A DNA stretch of 64,000 nucleotides from Octopus sinensis (taxonomy: Eukaryota), in the NCBI RefSeq assembly GCF_006345805.1, contig NC_042999.1:50964001-51028000 (forward strand), read 5' to 3'. A program made the translations under genes and the position numbers. Shown in pieces: positions 24,868 through 37,590 of the stretch; position 1 is the first letter of the stretch; each line of letters starts with the position of its first letter. The notes below the pieces were generated by a model that had not been told where the DNA came from, searched no databases, and saw only the letters and a list, made by a program, of their open reading frames with translations.

Positions 24868-25387
24868 TGTTAAAACTTAGATAAGTTATCTTTTATTAAA
24901 CATAAATAGTCCAGGAACTCTTTGATACCACCTCCTACCAATATAAAGTGCTTTTTTAGCACCAAATGGCTAAGAGAACAATTTCTCAGGATGATAATCA
25001 CAGCCTATGGCATTCAAAACAACACAACCAAGTTAAGCTAGATATGCTAATTAATATAGAACTCAGTACCTTAGAAGAGTAAATATTTAATACTGTGATT
25101 AAAGTTCAGCTTCTAGCTTTCAGTTAATGGAAGTTTCATATCTTCAGGATGTTCATCATACTGGAATTCAGCTTAATGAAGCTGTTGATCCCCTAACAAT
25201 CACATCATTTAAATCTTGTTCAGATAATTGTTTGCGTATATATAGATGATGACGATGTTCCAATTTATTTCATGTGTGTGAGTATATTCACACATACCAG
25301 CACATATACACATGAAATAGAGACATACAGTTACACATTTATACATATTAGCACTAATTGCTATATCTATATATATATATATGTATA

Positions 25388-27480
25388 CTAGCACTACGAC
25401 CCGGCGTTGCTGGATCATAGTGGCAGTGTTATAATGAAGCATTGGTTGTGAAGCCTTATTAAAGGCAGTGCAGAAAAATTTGTGAGCTCTGGCCTTGAAT
25501 TGTCTATGAATTGTAGCTATGTTCATCTGCTTGATGGCTACCATTGGTAGAACCAAATATGGTTCGAACAAAATTCAGGGTAAGGCTAAAAGATTGCAAA
25601 CAGCACGACCTCTCCTCGTTAGGTTAATTGTTGTGCTACTGATCGATTGACAATTTTGGTCAATTCAAACCAGCTTAGGAATTCTTCACCGAAAAGATCA
25701 ACCTGATAATCCTAAGTATCAGCTACGTAGATATCAAATGATTCGATCTGTAGCTAAATGAAGCCGCTAGATTTATGCAAACAAAGAAACATTTCGAAAA
25801 ATGTAAAGATGTGCACGACCACCCTTGGATGGTTTTGAATGACCATAAAAAGTGCAAGCAATCTAACTGAAAAATTGTGGATTTGTATAAAGGACACACA
25901 CACAGACATTTTGCCGTTTATATATATACTAGCAGTATCGCCCGGCGTTGCTCGGGTTTGTAAGGGAAATAACTATATAAGCATTTATAGAGAGTTATAG
26001 CCAAAAAATAGCAAAAAAATGCATTAAAAATTGAAAAAAAATTAAGGTAAATTTTTTTTTAAATCGTTGACACATCGTAGATATTTTTAGAGAGTTACTT
26101 CCCTTATATAAAAGCGAAAAAAATGCATTAAAATGGAAAAATATGATGGTAAATTTTTTTTAAATCGTAGACTCATCGTAGACACACGCTAATATCCAGA
26201 AGGGCTCGATATGAATCACGACTATAAGATACCCGCTTTTGGTTAAACTGCACCGCAAAATGTGGGAGTAGTTAGGAATCTAAATCGTAGGAGACAGACA
26301 CACAACTTCACTCTTATATAAAGATGCTTTTTTTTTTTTCAGTCATAGAGTTAGATTTATGAAGGTCTTCAGTAGAAAATCCTTCGAATTCTGACTCGCT
26401 GCTTGATATAATGAAATTCGTATCCATTTTTTATCAGAATTACAAATTTTGAAAACACAATAGGAACAAATTTCGGAAAAAAATCTCCCATAATTCACGG
26501 AATTAAAATTACACTTCGATTTTTGTACAAAACTGTAGTTGAAGTGTTTACGAAGTATAATACGTGTTTTCACGAATGTACTAAAGAGATTTGCTCTGAT
26601 ATTCTCATTTAAATATGAATAGGTAAATTCGGGCGGCTTGGTAACTATATATAAGTGTCGTCTGTTTATACATAAACACTGTTTCATACTGCAATATATA
26701 TACATATATCTATATATAATATTATATAATAAAATATATACAGAGTAAAATAAAAACCAATTTACCTTTTCTGTCCGTCCGTGTGTCTTTGCAAATATGT
26801 TGGAATGATAAGTGAGTTGAGTTTTGGCGCCTTTTTTACTAATAACAAACACACACGTGTTTGTATGTAGTTGTATGTGTATGTAGTTGTATGTAGTTGT
26901 ATGTGTATGCGTGTGTGTGAGGAATGACACACACACACTCACGCACGCACACATGTACATCAATGCTTTCGGAGTGATATGTTAAAATATTGAGTTTTCT
27001 CGAATTTTGTCTTAATTGGTGGTAAAATTGAAAGAAATTTTTTATGGCATCACCCACTGAAGTACTCTGAAAAATCTTAGGTAAATTCTAATTGAAGAAA
27101 TTGTGTGAGGAGTAAATGGTTATGTATTTATTGTTTCTGTTTGCTGTGTTTTTTTTTTTTGAGTAGTGGTTTAAATACTTTCAGTTTAGTCTTCCTCAAA
27201 TCACTCTGTGCTATTTACTTTCATTTTATTCGTCGCACACTGTGTGTGTGCGTTTGCATGTGGTGTAAACCAGACTAAGAAAAGCATTTGACACACACAC
27301 CAGAATGTGAGTTTTCTGTAAATTTTGCTTAATTGGAGTTTAAATTTTAAAAACTGGACCTGGCATGACGCGATGCATTCTACTCTTAAAAATGCTAGGT
27401 AAATTGTAATTGAAGAAATCCTATATTGTAGATTTCTATAACTCCCAAAGGGAGGCAGATAAAATCTGCCTTTTATAATA

Positions 27481-27483
<3 letters not shown>
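25388..27483 (-). mobile_element. Head-to-tail chain of non-autonomous Helitrons
   Basis: CTAG plus hairpin 3' ends at 25388 and 25929. TC/TA-rich 5' ends at about 25927, 26324 and 27483, the last with hairpin GGCAGAT-AAA-ATCTGCC. Confidence 0.7.
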
Positions 27484-27545
<62 letters not shown>

Positions 27546-27604
27546 TACATTTATATATATACATACATACATATAAATACAAATATATATAAATATATTT
27601 ATAC

Positions 27605-27666
<62 letters not shown>

Positions 27667-27695
27667 TATAATAATAATAATAATAATATTAATAA
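27484..27695. repeat. (AT)n/(AG)n/(AAT)n microsatellite block
   Basis: Direct inspection. Confidence 0.9.
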
Positions 27696-27807
27696 TAATA
27701 ATATGAGGGAATATTATTCCAAACTTACAGGGAGAAATTCAATTTAGAAATACTAAATCAAATTTCACAAAATATGATATATATATATATATTATATATA
27801 TATATAT

Positions 27808-28445
27808 ATATATAAATTAGAAAAAAAAACACCTTTTATCAATTCAATAATGAAAAATTAAATTATACCATTTAGAGAAATTACATATTATAGAAAGATT
27901 AAATATAAGATAAAACATAACAATGATTAAGTAATGTGCAAAATAGTAAATAAAACATGCATATTTGGTAGAATAACGACACGTGTTTCGTGGCTATATT
28001 TAAGAAATGATAATAGTAATAATAATAGTAATATCACTTCAATATAAATATAACAATTGTATCTTATTTTTTATTCTATTTTTTTTATTTGAACAAGAAT
28101 ATATTTGTTAAGATATTTCGTATTTTACAAGATTATTTACGTATATTTATTAATTTATCTAATTAATTATTCTATTGTTTTCATCTTTAACCTGAAGAGT
28201 GGCTTTATTTATATTGAAGTGATTTTACTATTATTATTACTATTATCATTTCTTAAATATAGCCACGAAACACGTGTCGTTATTCTACCAAATATATATG
28301 TTTTATTTACTATTTGCATATTTCTTAATCATTGTTATATGTTTTATCTTATATTTAATCTTTCTGTATGTAATTTTTCTAAATGGCATAATTCAATTTT
28401 TCATTATTGAATTGATAAAAGGTGGGTTTTTTCTAATTTGTATAT
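27808..28445. repeat. Inverted repeat, arms about 240 bp, spacer about 155 bp
   Basis: 27808-28050 is the reverse complement of 28205-28445 with scattered mismatches. It is flanked by (AT)n. Confidence 0.9.
28188..28282 (+). ncRNA. Type-I hammerhead ribozyme, canonical core (family 1)
   Basis: UAAC-CUGAAGA-GUGGCU(long AU-rich loop)AGCCAC-GAA-ACACGUGU-C-GUUA. Predicted cleavage after the GUC ending at 28278. Confidence 0.8.
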
Positions 28446-28459
28446 ATATATATATATAG

Positions 28460-29062
28460 GAGAGCTCCTACCTCTGTTGGTGACAAAGAGTTTCTCGCTC
28501 AGAGTAAAAGGTAGACTATGACACATGTGTACGAACAGCCATGCTACATGGCAGTGAAACATGGGCTGTGACTGCTGAGGACATGCGTAAGCTCGCAAGG
28601 AATGAAGCCAGTATGCTCCGATGGATGTGTAATGTTAGCATGCATACTTGACAGAGTGTAAGTGCCTTGAGAGAAAAGTTGGGCCCAAGAAGCATCAGAT
28701 GTGGTGTGCAAGAGAGACGACTGCACTGGTATGGCCATGTGGCGAGAATGGATGTCAACAGCTGTGTGAAAAAGTGCCACACCCTCATGGTTGAGGGAAG
28801 CTGTGGAAGAGGTAGATCCAGGAAGACATGAGATGAGGTGGTGAAGCATGACCTTCGAACATTGAGCCTCACCGAGGCAATGGCTAGTGACCAGGACCTT
28901 TGGAAATATACTGTGCTTAAGAAGACTCAGCAAGCCAAATGAGACCATAACCTCATGGCCTGTGCCAGGGGTGTAACCAGCCCACTTATATAATGTGTAC
29001 CTTTCCTTGATTGGACACTAAACTCTGCTTGCGAAGACCTGCTGAGGCAAGTGAAATCCATA
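28460..29062 (+). mobile_element. RTE LINE 3' ORF remnant and start of 3' UTR
   Basis: CVRTAMLHGSETWAVTAEDMRKLARNEASMLRWMCNV, RRLHWYGHVARM, GRGRSRKT*, with in-frame stops. Confidence 0.92.
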
Positions 29063-29249
29063 TAGATACATATATATATATATACATATACATACATACA
29101 TACATATATATATATACGTACATATATATACACATATATATACACACACATATATATATATACATACATATATGTAGACATATATATACATATACATATA
29201 TACATATACATACATACTACACATATATATACACACATATATATATACA

Positions 29250-29628
29250 CTAGCAGTATCGCCCGGCGTTGCTCGGGTTTGTAAGGGAAATAACTATAAA
29301 GCATTTTTAGAGAGTTATAGCCAAAAAATAGCAAAAAAATGGAAAAAAATGATGGTAAATTTTTTTTAGAGTAAAAAAAGGTGGAGTTGCGTCCCCTAGA
29401 CAGTTTGCGGTTTGTGTTTCTGATTCTCGACCCCATGTCGAATTTATCGATTTTTTTCAGAACTGGGGGAACTTTTCAAAATTTTCGCTGCGTTAGTTTT
29501 GAATTATGACATTGGGCTATGTGTGTGTCAAGTTTCATCAGAATCGGTTGAAAGCCGTGGTCAGGGTGAGGGTACAAGCAAACAGACACACAGAAACACG
29601 CACAGACAAACTGCCGTTTATATATAGA
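29250..29628 (-). mobile_element. Non-autonomous Helitron
   Basis: Same 3' hairpin-CTAG end as 15762, with a different interior. Confidence 0.7.
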
Positions 29629-29899
29629 GAGATATATACTCATACACACACACACATATATATATATTACTCTTTTACTCTGTTACTTGTGTCACATATT
29701 TGTGTGTGGCCATGCTGAAGTACTGCCTTTTAGTTGAAGAAATTGAACCCTGGATTTATTCTTTGTAAGCCTGATGCTTATTCTATCGATATCTTCTGCA
29801 GAACTGCTAAGTTACGGGGACGTAAACACACTAACATCAGTTTCTAAGTGATGGTGGGGGGAACAAATACAGACACATAAATATAAATATATATATATA

Positions 29900-29950
<51 letters not shown>

Positions 29951-30094
29951 CAATAATAAAAGGGTAAAATCAATTAATTATTAATTAATTTTATCAAGTA
30001 GTGTTCAGTATGTAAGAGGACCATTTAAGGTATATTTAAAACATTACATTATATAATTAGGGTTCAGTAAAATAATTTACTTTACCACACACCG

Positions 30095-30278
30095 AACTTT
30101 TAGAAATAGCAGCCAAAAAATCTTAGCTATTTCTTCTACTATAAGAAAAATCTCCCAGACAATGCATACTCAAAAATAATTCATACCTGTGTGAATTATT
30201 TTTGAGTATGCATTGTCTGGGAGATATTTCTTATAGTAGAAGAAATAGCTAAGATTTTTTGGCTGCTATTTCTAAAAG

Positions 30279-30280
<2 letters not shown>
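30095..30280. repeat. Near-perfect palindrome, arms about 90 bp
   Basis: AACTTTTAGAAATAGC...CAAAAATAATTCA / TGAATTATTTTTG...GCTATTTCTAAAAGTT, with one clear mismatch seen outside the centre. Confidence 0.95.
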
Positions 30281-30331
<51 letters not shown>

Positions 30332-33153
30332 TCATCATCATCTTCATCATTTAACATCTGCTTTCCATGCTAGCATGGGTTGGATGATCTGACTGAGCTC
30401 TGGCGAACCAGATGGCTGCACCAGACTTCTACAGCTGGATGCCCTTCCTAACGCCAACCACTTCGAGAATGTAGTGGGTGCTTTTAAACGCCACCGGCAC
30501 GAGGGCCAGTTAGGTGGTACTGGCAATGGCCACACTCAAATGGTGCTTTTTATGTGCCACCTGCACAGGAGCCAGTCCAGTGGCACTGGCAACGACCTCG
30601 CTCGAATGTTTTTTTCATGTGCCACCAGCACAAGTGCTAGTAAGGCGACGCAGGTAATACATACATATATTATATATATATATATATATATACACACACA
30701 TTCATATATATATATGTATATATATATATATAATATATATACACACATACATTCATATATATATATTGATATACACACACACACACATTCATGTGTATAC
30801 ATATATCAGCCATCACCCTCATTTTTTTCAACATTTGCATACAGACACACACAACATTCACTGCTTACCACACCTGTATTTCCACACCTGGGCATATACC
30901 AACAGTAGAAGTTACATTATTCAGAGTACGCCGTAACCTAACACCATCAGCGGACAAATAATTTCTGCAAGTCGAAGAAACAGCATTAGTGCTGACTTTT
31001 CAGAGAATCTCAGTTAACATTGAGTGAAGAAGAGAATTGAACTAGCATCAAGTTTATAGCTACAAGTCAATACTGCAATGGATGTTGAAAAGATATTTGA
31101 TCCTAGCCTAACATAAGCTGACAGGTGGAAAACTTTTACAGATTTGCGTGGAGTGGGGGGATGAATTGAGGTTGATGCATATTCATTGATTCTGCCCACT
31201 GTTGGTTAGAACCCATTTTATGTAAGATCTCACTAGATTGATGTCTGTAGAATCTATAATACAAGAAGGAGATGCATTTGCCAGCTGGAGAAGTATGATT
31301 ATGTGTGTTTCATTGATGCATGTCAGAACAGATTCCAAACGCTAACTTATAGATCTTATATAGAACACTGTCTAAGTTTTACATTACTCTAGAAAGGTTC
31401 CATAACACACATTGCATGTGCATGCACACACACACACACACACACATATGTACTTATTCACACACACACATACATACAGGAAAAATTATAAAGCTTGTGT
31501 AATGGAACAATATATAGGGTTTAGCTGTTGTCATTGTTGGGAAGACAGGTGGTAGTGGTGGTGGTGGTGGTGGTGGTTTTGGTGGTGGTATAGTGGCAAT
31601 GCTAGATAAGAGAAAGCAGTACTCAGGTAAACAAAATGTAACACACCTAGTTGTTGTTATCGGTTTGAACTGGTTTGCTGCATTAATTTTTCTCCAATGA
31701 CTTGAGCATAGGTACAAATATCTAAACTTTTAATTTTGCTAGTGTATACCATCAATGGCAGATCTAATGTGTTCATTGTGGAGAGGAAAGTCTTGTAATC
31801 ATTGTAAAGGGCAGATGTTCATTGTTGAGAAAAGAATCAGTGTTCATTGTTTGGAGATGGACCAGTTTTTACAATCAAGAGAAGGGTTTATGTTCACTGT
31901 GTGCAATGATCATTGCTCACCATTGAGAACAGTGCCAGTGTTCACTATCATGGGAAAGGCCCCATACATATCAAGAAAAGAACCACTAATCTCTGTTGGA
32001 TAAGAGCTATTTATCAAATAATTCCTAGGATGGCAGATTAGTGGAACTGTTAGAGGGCCAGACGAGATTCTTCACAATATCTGTTTCAATGTATAACCTT
32101 ATAACCAAGTGGATATAACATCAGAAGGCTGTCATCATCATCATCATCATCATCGTTTAACGTCCGCTTTCCATGCTAGCATGGGTTGGACGATTGAACT
32201 GAGGTCTGGCGAACCAGATGGCTGCACCAGACTCTAATCTGATCTAGCAGAGTTTCTACAGCTGGATGCCCTTCCTAACGCCAACCACTCCGAGAGTGTA
32301 GTGGGTACTTTTATGTGCCACCAGCACAAGGGCCAGTTAGGCAGTACTGGCAATGGCCACGCTCAAATGGTGCTTTTATGTGCCACCTGCACAGGAGCCA
32401 GTCCAGCAGCACTGGCAACGACCTCGCTCAAATGTTTTTTCACGTGCCACCAGCACAAGTGCTAGTAAGGCGACGCAGGTAACGATCATGCTCGAATGGT
32501 GCTTTTAACGTGCCATCAGCTCAGAGGCCAGCTTGTTGCTCTGGTCCCGATCTCACTCGTATGGTACTCTTAGCACTCCACTAGCATGGATGCCACTCAT
32601 CGATTGGTCAAATTCTCCAAAATGAACATGATGCTTTGTAAATATGATAGCAAAAGGCTAAATTTAACTGCAATATTAAAATGTACCAAGTGAATTTATA
32701 ACATTGGAATGCTATAACAGTCAAACTCTCCAACATGAACAAGTAACCATGTAGACATAACATCAAAAGACTAAGTAAAACTCTCCAACATGAAGCTAAG
32801 TGGATATAACATCAGATTATCTAACTTTCCAACATTAAAATGATACTGTGCAGCAATAAAATCAGAAGACTAAATGTCTGACTTAAAAAGAAGAAATTTT
32901 GTGTTCTATGGAACAAAACATTTCTTGTTAAGAAATAGAGATTGTGGTTAATTGATTTTAACCTCAGTATCTTGCCTAGCAAAATAGAATGTTAAACAAA
33001 ATTTCTTGCTGCATTTAGTTGTGGTATTTAGTTAGTTTCTAATTTTAAATTATTATGGATTTGATAAAATAAACTATCACTAAGTACACGGTTCAATACA
33101 ATCAACCAGACTAAGGTGGTGAAATTGCAAAATTGATAACATACTGAGCAAAA

Positions 33154-34814
33154 TATTGGGTCATCCCATAAATAATGCGTTTTTTTCAGTTGCATAAACT
33201 AAAAGTCGGCAGTGGATGGGACAAACTACCTGCATCGACTTGCTATAAAAGCAGGCAGTAATTTTACCTTGTACTTATTCTTGGTGCAAGTTTTGGATCT
33301 TTTCACTTTGACCAGCAGATTTTTAAAATTATTTCTTTGTAACTAAACACTTTTAAACTTCGTATACTGGTAGAATGTGTTACATAAAACATCTTTTTCT
33401 CTTGGCTTTCTTGAGAAAATTCTGTAGTTTGTAAGCTATTTCTTGTTTAATTTCTTGTATTTCGGCAATTTCAACCAATCAATGACATCTATTGAGGTGA
33501 ATACAATTACTGCTGTAGTTTGTCAACAACAATTTCCTGCGGTGTCAACTTAGTTTGTCACTGTTATTTATGACATATTTCATATCAGTTACTTTTGAAG
33601 AGTGCAGTTCGATTGTAAGAGTTATTTTTTCAAAACTATAATGGAAGTGACAAAGGAGCATATTCAGCATATTTTGCTTCATGAGTTCAATAAAGGCAAC
33701 AACACAACAGAAAATGCAAGGAATATTAATGCAGTATATGGGGAGTGGACAATAAGCATAAGCCAGTATCAACACTGGTTCCAGAAATTCAAAGCCGGAA
33801 ACTACAGCCTAGAAGACGAGCCTCATCCTGGAAGATCTGTAGAGATCAACGCAGATGTCCTGCAAACCCTGGTGGAACAAATCCCATCATAACTGCGGAG
33901 GAACTAGTAGAGAAGCTTGGATTTGGTCATTCAACCAGTCATTCAAATCAGTACTAGAAGAAAAATGACCATTTTTGGTTTCAAGAGAAAAAGTGTTCTT
34001 CCATCAGGATAATGCTTGGCCACATACAGCAAGGATAACATTCAAAAGGCTGAAGCAGTTTGAATGGGAAATGATGCTCCATCCACCATATTCGCCGGAC
34101 ATTGCTCCATCTAATTATCATTTATTCTACAGTCTTCAAAATCATTTGGACAAAAAAAATATGAATTCTTTTGACAAGATCAGAACAGTACTAGAGGAGT
34201 ATTTTTCATCACAGACAAGTGAATTTTGGAAAATTGTAGTTGTGTTACCTGTGCTGGTGGCACATAAAAAGCACCAACCGATCGTGGCTGCTGCCATCCT
34301 CCCCTAGCACCTGTGCCAGCAGCACGTAAAAAGCACCCACTACACTCACGGAGTGGTTGGCGTTAGGAAGGGCATCCAGCCATAGAAACACTGCCAGATA
34401 AGACCGGAGCCTGGTGCAGCCTCCTGGCTTCCCAGACCCCCGGTCGAACCGTCCAACACGTGCTAGCATGGAAAACGGACGTTAAACAATGATGATGATG
34501 ATAATGATGATGATCTGGGATGTAGTGAAACGAAAGTGTGTCACCACCCAGTCCTTAAAAGACTGGAAAGCATCAACTGAGATGCTCCCTTGTTGGTTAA
34601 TATCAAGTTCCTATGTTGAGCCCTTAGGCATGTTATATAACTATTTGTTTCAGTCTGGTGAGCTAACAATAGCCTTGCAAGTCTACCAGATAGATGGAAG
34701 AGCATTGTAGAAAATGAAGGAGATTATATTTTAGATTAAAAAAGAACTTTGTTTATCTTAATTTTGAAAAATAAAAGTATAAAAAAAACACATTATTTAT
34801 GGAATGACCTAATA
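33154..34814 (+). mobile_element. Internally deleted mariner with nested insertion
   Basis: TA-flanked TIRs TATTGGGTCATCCCATAAATAATG / CATTATTTATGGAATGACCTAATA. Reads MEVTKEHIQHILLHEF, FHQDNAWPH, HPPYSPDIAPSNYHLF, and resumes LASLPDRWKSIVENEGDYILD* after the insert. Confidence 0.92.
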
Positions 34815-34829
34815 TTTAGTGACATTTCA

Positions 34830-35232
34830 TCATTCTGAGTTCAAATTCTGCCAAGGTTGAGTTTGCTTTTTATCCTTATGAGGTTGATAAAATTGATTTA
34901 TCCTTATGAGGTTGATACCAACTGAGCACTGGGATCGATGTGATCAACTTACACCACTCCCAAAATCGCTGGCCTTGTGCCAAAATTTTAAACCAATATT
35001 GTCAGCAAGACTAAGGCAGCAAGCTTGCAGAACCATTACCATGCAGGAGAAAATGCCCAGAGTAATTTTTTTCTTGACTTAACATTCTAAATTCAAATGC
35101 CACTGAGTTAGACTTTACCTTTCATTCTTTTGGAGACAATAAAATAAGTACCAGTTGAGCACTGGGGTTAATGTAATTGACTTACCCCAACCTCTGAAAT
35201 TACTGGTCTTGTGCCAAAATTCAAAACCAATA
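34830..35232 (+). mobile_element. Two degenerate family A SINE copies
   Basis: GAGTTCAAATT..GCTTT.ATCC..GAGCACTGGG..CTTGTGCCAAAATT..AACCAATAT repeated twice. Confidence 0.7.
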
Positions 35233-36659
35233 TAATCAACAAGATTCTGCCCTGCACTCTATCTTAATGTGTCTTTAACATCAATTTTAGAAAGCAATAT
35301 TACAGATGCTGATTAGCAGTATGATTGAAGATGTGTCTCAGAAATTAGCAGATTAAAATTATGCATCAATACTTACTTTCACTTTGTATGCTCCTTCCCA
35401 CATACAAGCCCAACCATGTTCTATTTAATGACTACAAGACATTCAATTTTAAAATAATATATTTATTCTGTATCATCTGATACCTGTGCCAGTGGCACGT
35501 AAAAAGCACCATCCAAATGTGGCTGATGCCAGCGCCGCATTGACTGGCTTCTGTGCCAGTGGCACATGACCTGCTGTGCTTGAGGAGACCTATAGAGTCA
35601 AGTACATCAACATCAAAATAAATATCAAATGGAAATTGTAGTTGTGTTACCTGTGCTGGTGGCACATAAAAAGCACCAACCAATCATGACCACTGCCAGC
35701 CTCCCCTGACACCTGTGCCGGTGGCACGTAAAAAGCACCCACTACACTCACAGAGTGGTTGGCATTAGGAAGGGCATCCAGCCATAGAAACACTGCCAGA
35801 TCAGACCGGAGCCGGGTGCAGCCTCCTGGCTTCCCAGACCCCAGTCGAACCAACCAACCCGTGCTAGCATGGAAAACAGATGTTAAACGATGATGATGAT
35901 AATGATGATGATCTGGTATGAAGTGAAATGAAAGTGTGTCACCACCCAGTCCTTAAAAGACTGGAAAGCATCAACTGAGATGCTCCCTTGTTGGTTAATA
36001 TCAGGTTCCTGTGTTGAGCCCTTAGGCATGATATATAACTATTTGTTTTAGTCTGGTGAGCTAACAATAGACTTTACGCTTACATTTTCAGTTCGGTGAT
36101 TTACAGTATGAGAGGATCTAGTCAGAAAAAAATAATTGCTCCCACCAGCAATGCAAGCTCACAAATACTGTTCTACCTCAGGTACTATGAAAAAATGTGT
36201 GAAGCAGTCACTGGAAAAACAAAACAAATATTTCATGAAAACAAGAATAAAAAAATTAAAATTAACTGAACTTCTTTTCTTGAACATATACAGTTGATTA
36301 AACTATCTATCGCACGACATCTTGAGCCAGAGGGCAACTGTATGTAGGCATTCCAGATGTTAAGTCAAGTATAACTTCATATGATCTAGTATATATAACA
36401 TTTGCTAAGGGTATGTACACACTAAGAAACAAACAAAAAGAGAAGGAAAGAAAGAAGGAAGAAAGAAAGAAGGAAGGAAGAAAGAAAGAAAGAATATATA
36501 TACATGCATAAACAAACAGATGGACATACAGACAAACATATCACATAAGTCTTATCAGAATTATGCTTATGCAAAATTATTAGAGCAACGGATAAAATAC
36601 TAGTGCTATTTAGCACTGATCTTTAACACTCCAACCAACCAGGGCAGGTAATATACTGG

Positions 36660-37590
36660 ATCTCTGCTTCACAGATAATATGGATCTCATCCATAATGTG
36701 TGACACAGATGCTACTCTCAGATCACAATATGGTAGAGCTGACCACGTACAGACCAAAGGAAACTATGGACATGCAGCCTACAAGGAACTCCCAAAATCT
36801 TTCCAGTTTGAACTTCCATAAGGCAAACTGGAAACAAATTGAGAAAGAGATCCTCACACAAAACTGGCTTGAATGTCTCTCCTCACTGGTCATCAACATG
36901 ACACTTCAACAATTCATGTCTGTAATGCAAGCCATATGCTACAGATGCACCCCGGAGAGAAAGGCCACTGTACACAAAAGCAAAATCCCCAGGAGAGGAA
37001 AATTCTTATGAGACAGCATACAAAAAGCATGTAAGCGAGTTCTAGCAAGACCACTGCAGTCCCTCTTTCAGAGCTTCCTTGCAACTGGCAAACTTCCAAG
37101 CAAGCTGAAGGAAAGTAAAATATGCCCTATTCATAAAGGAGGTAGCAGAGCAGAGGCCAAAGACTACAGACCTACCTATCTGTATGACCTTGTACATCAG
37201 CAAAGTCATGGAACAAATAGTCAGAAGAAAACTAATCACCTTCCTCGAAGAAAATGACTTGCTGACTGACACCCAATATGGTTTCAGACCAGGAAGAAGC
37301 TGCCTAACTTAGCTCTTACAACACTATGACTGGGTATTGAAACAGCTGCTCAACCACTCAAATGTGGATGTGATATATTTTGACTTTGCAATAAAGTTGA
37401 TCATGGAATGCTATGTCACAACAGCATGACTTTCTGAAGGATAGAAGTCAGGTGATAGTAGCCAATGAGGCCACCTCCAATGACACACAAATAGCGAGCA
37501 GAGTTCCACAAGGCACTGTTTTGGGACCACTACTGTTCATAATGGTCCTCTCAGATATACCCTCAGCCACAGAGAGAGCCACAATCACAA
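36660..37590 (+). mobile_element. CR1-group LINE ORF2 remnant (EN end plus RT, internally deleted)
   Basis: LSDHNMV, NFHKANW, PIHKGG..DYRP, QYGFRPGRSCL, VDVIYFDFA, VPQGTVLGPLLF; truncated just before the YADD motif. Confidence 0.9.

Larger units (their letters stand above)
23490..24937 (+). mobile_element. Internally deleted mariner (irritans-like) with nested SINE
   Basis: TIRs ATGAAGTGGTATCAAAAATTTCC / GGAACTCTTTGATACCACCTCCTA. Motifs include LGKSATET, YNPETKQRSSQW, LHDDN, HLPYSLDLAP and KWQEHWDSCVAVQGGYFKGD. Confidence 0.85.

Noticed and set aside
31454-31717. Poly-Pro / poly-Gly ORF
   Set aside because: It is a (GGT)n microsatellite with no other coding support.
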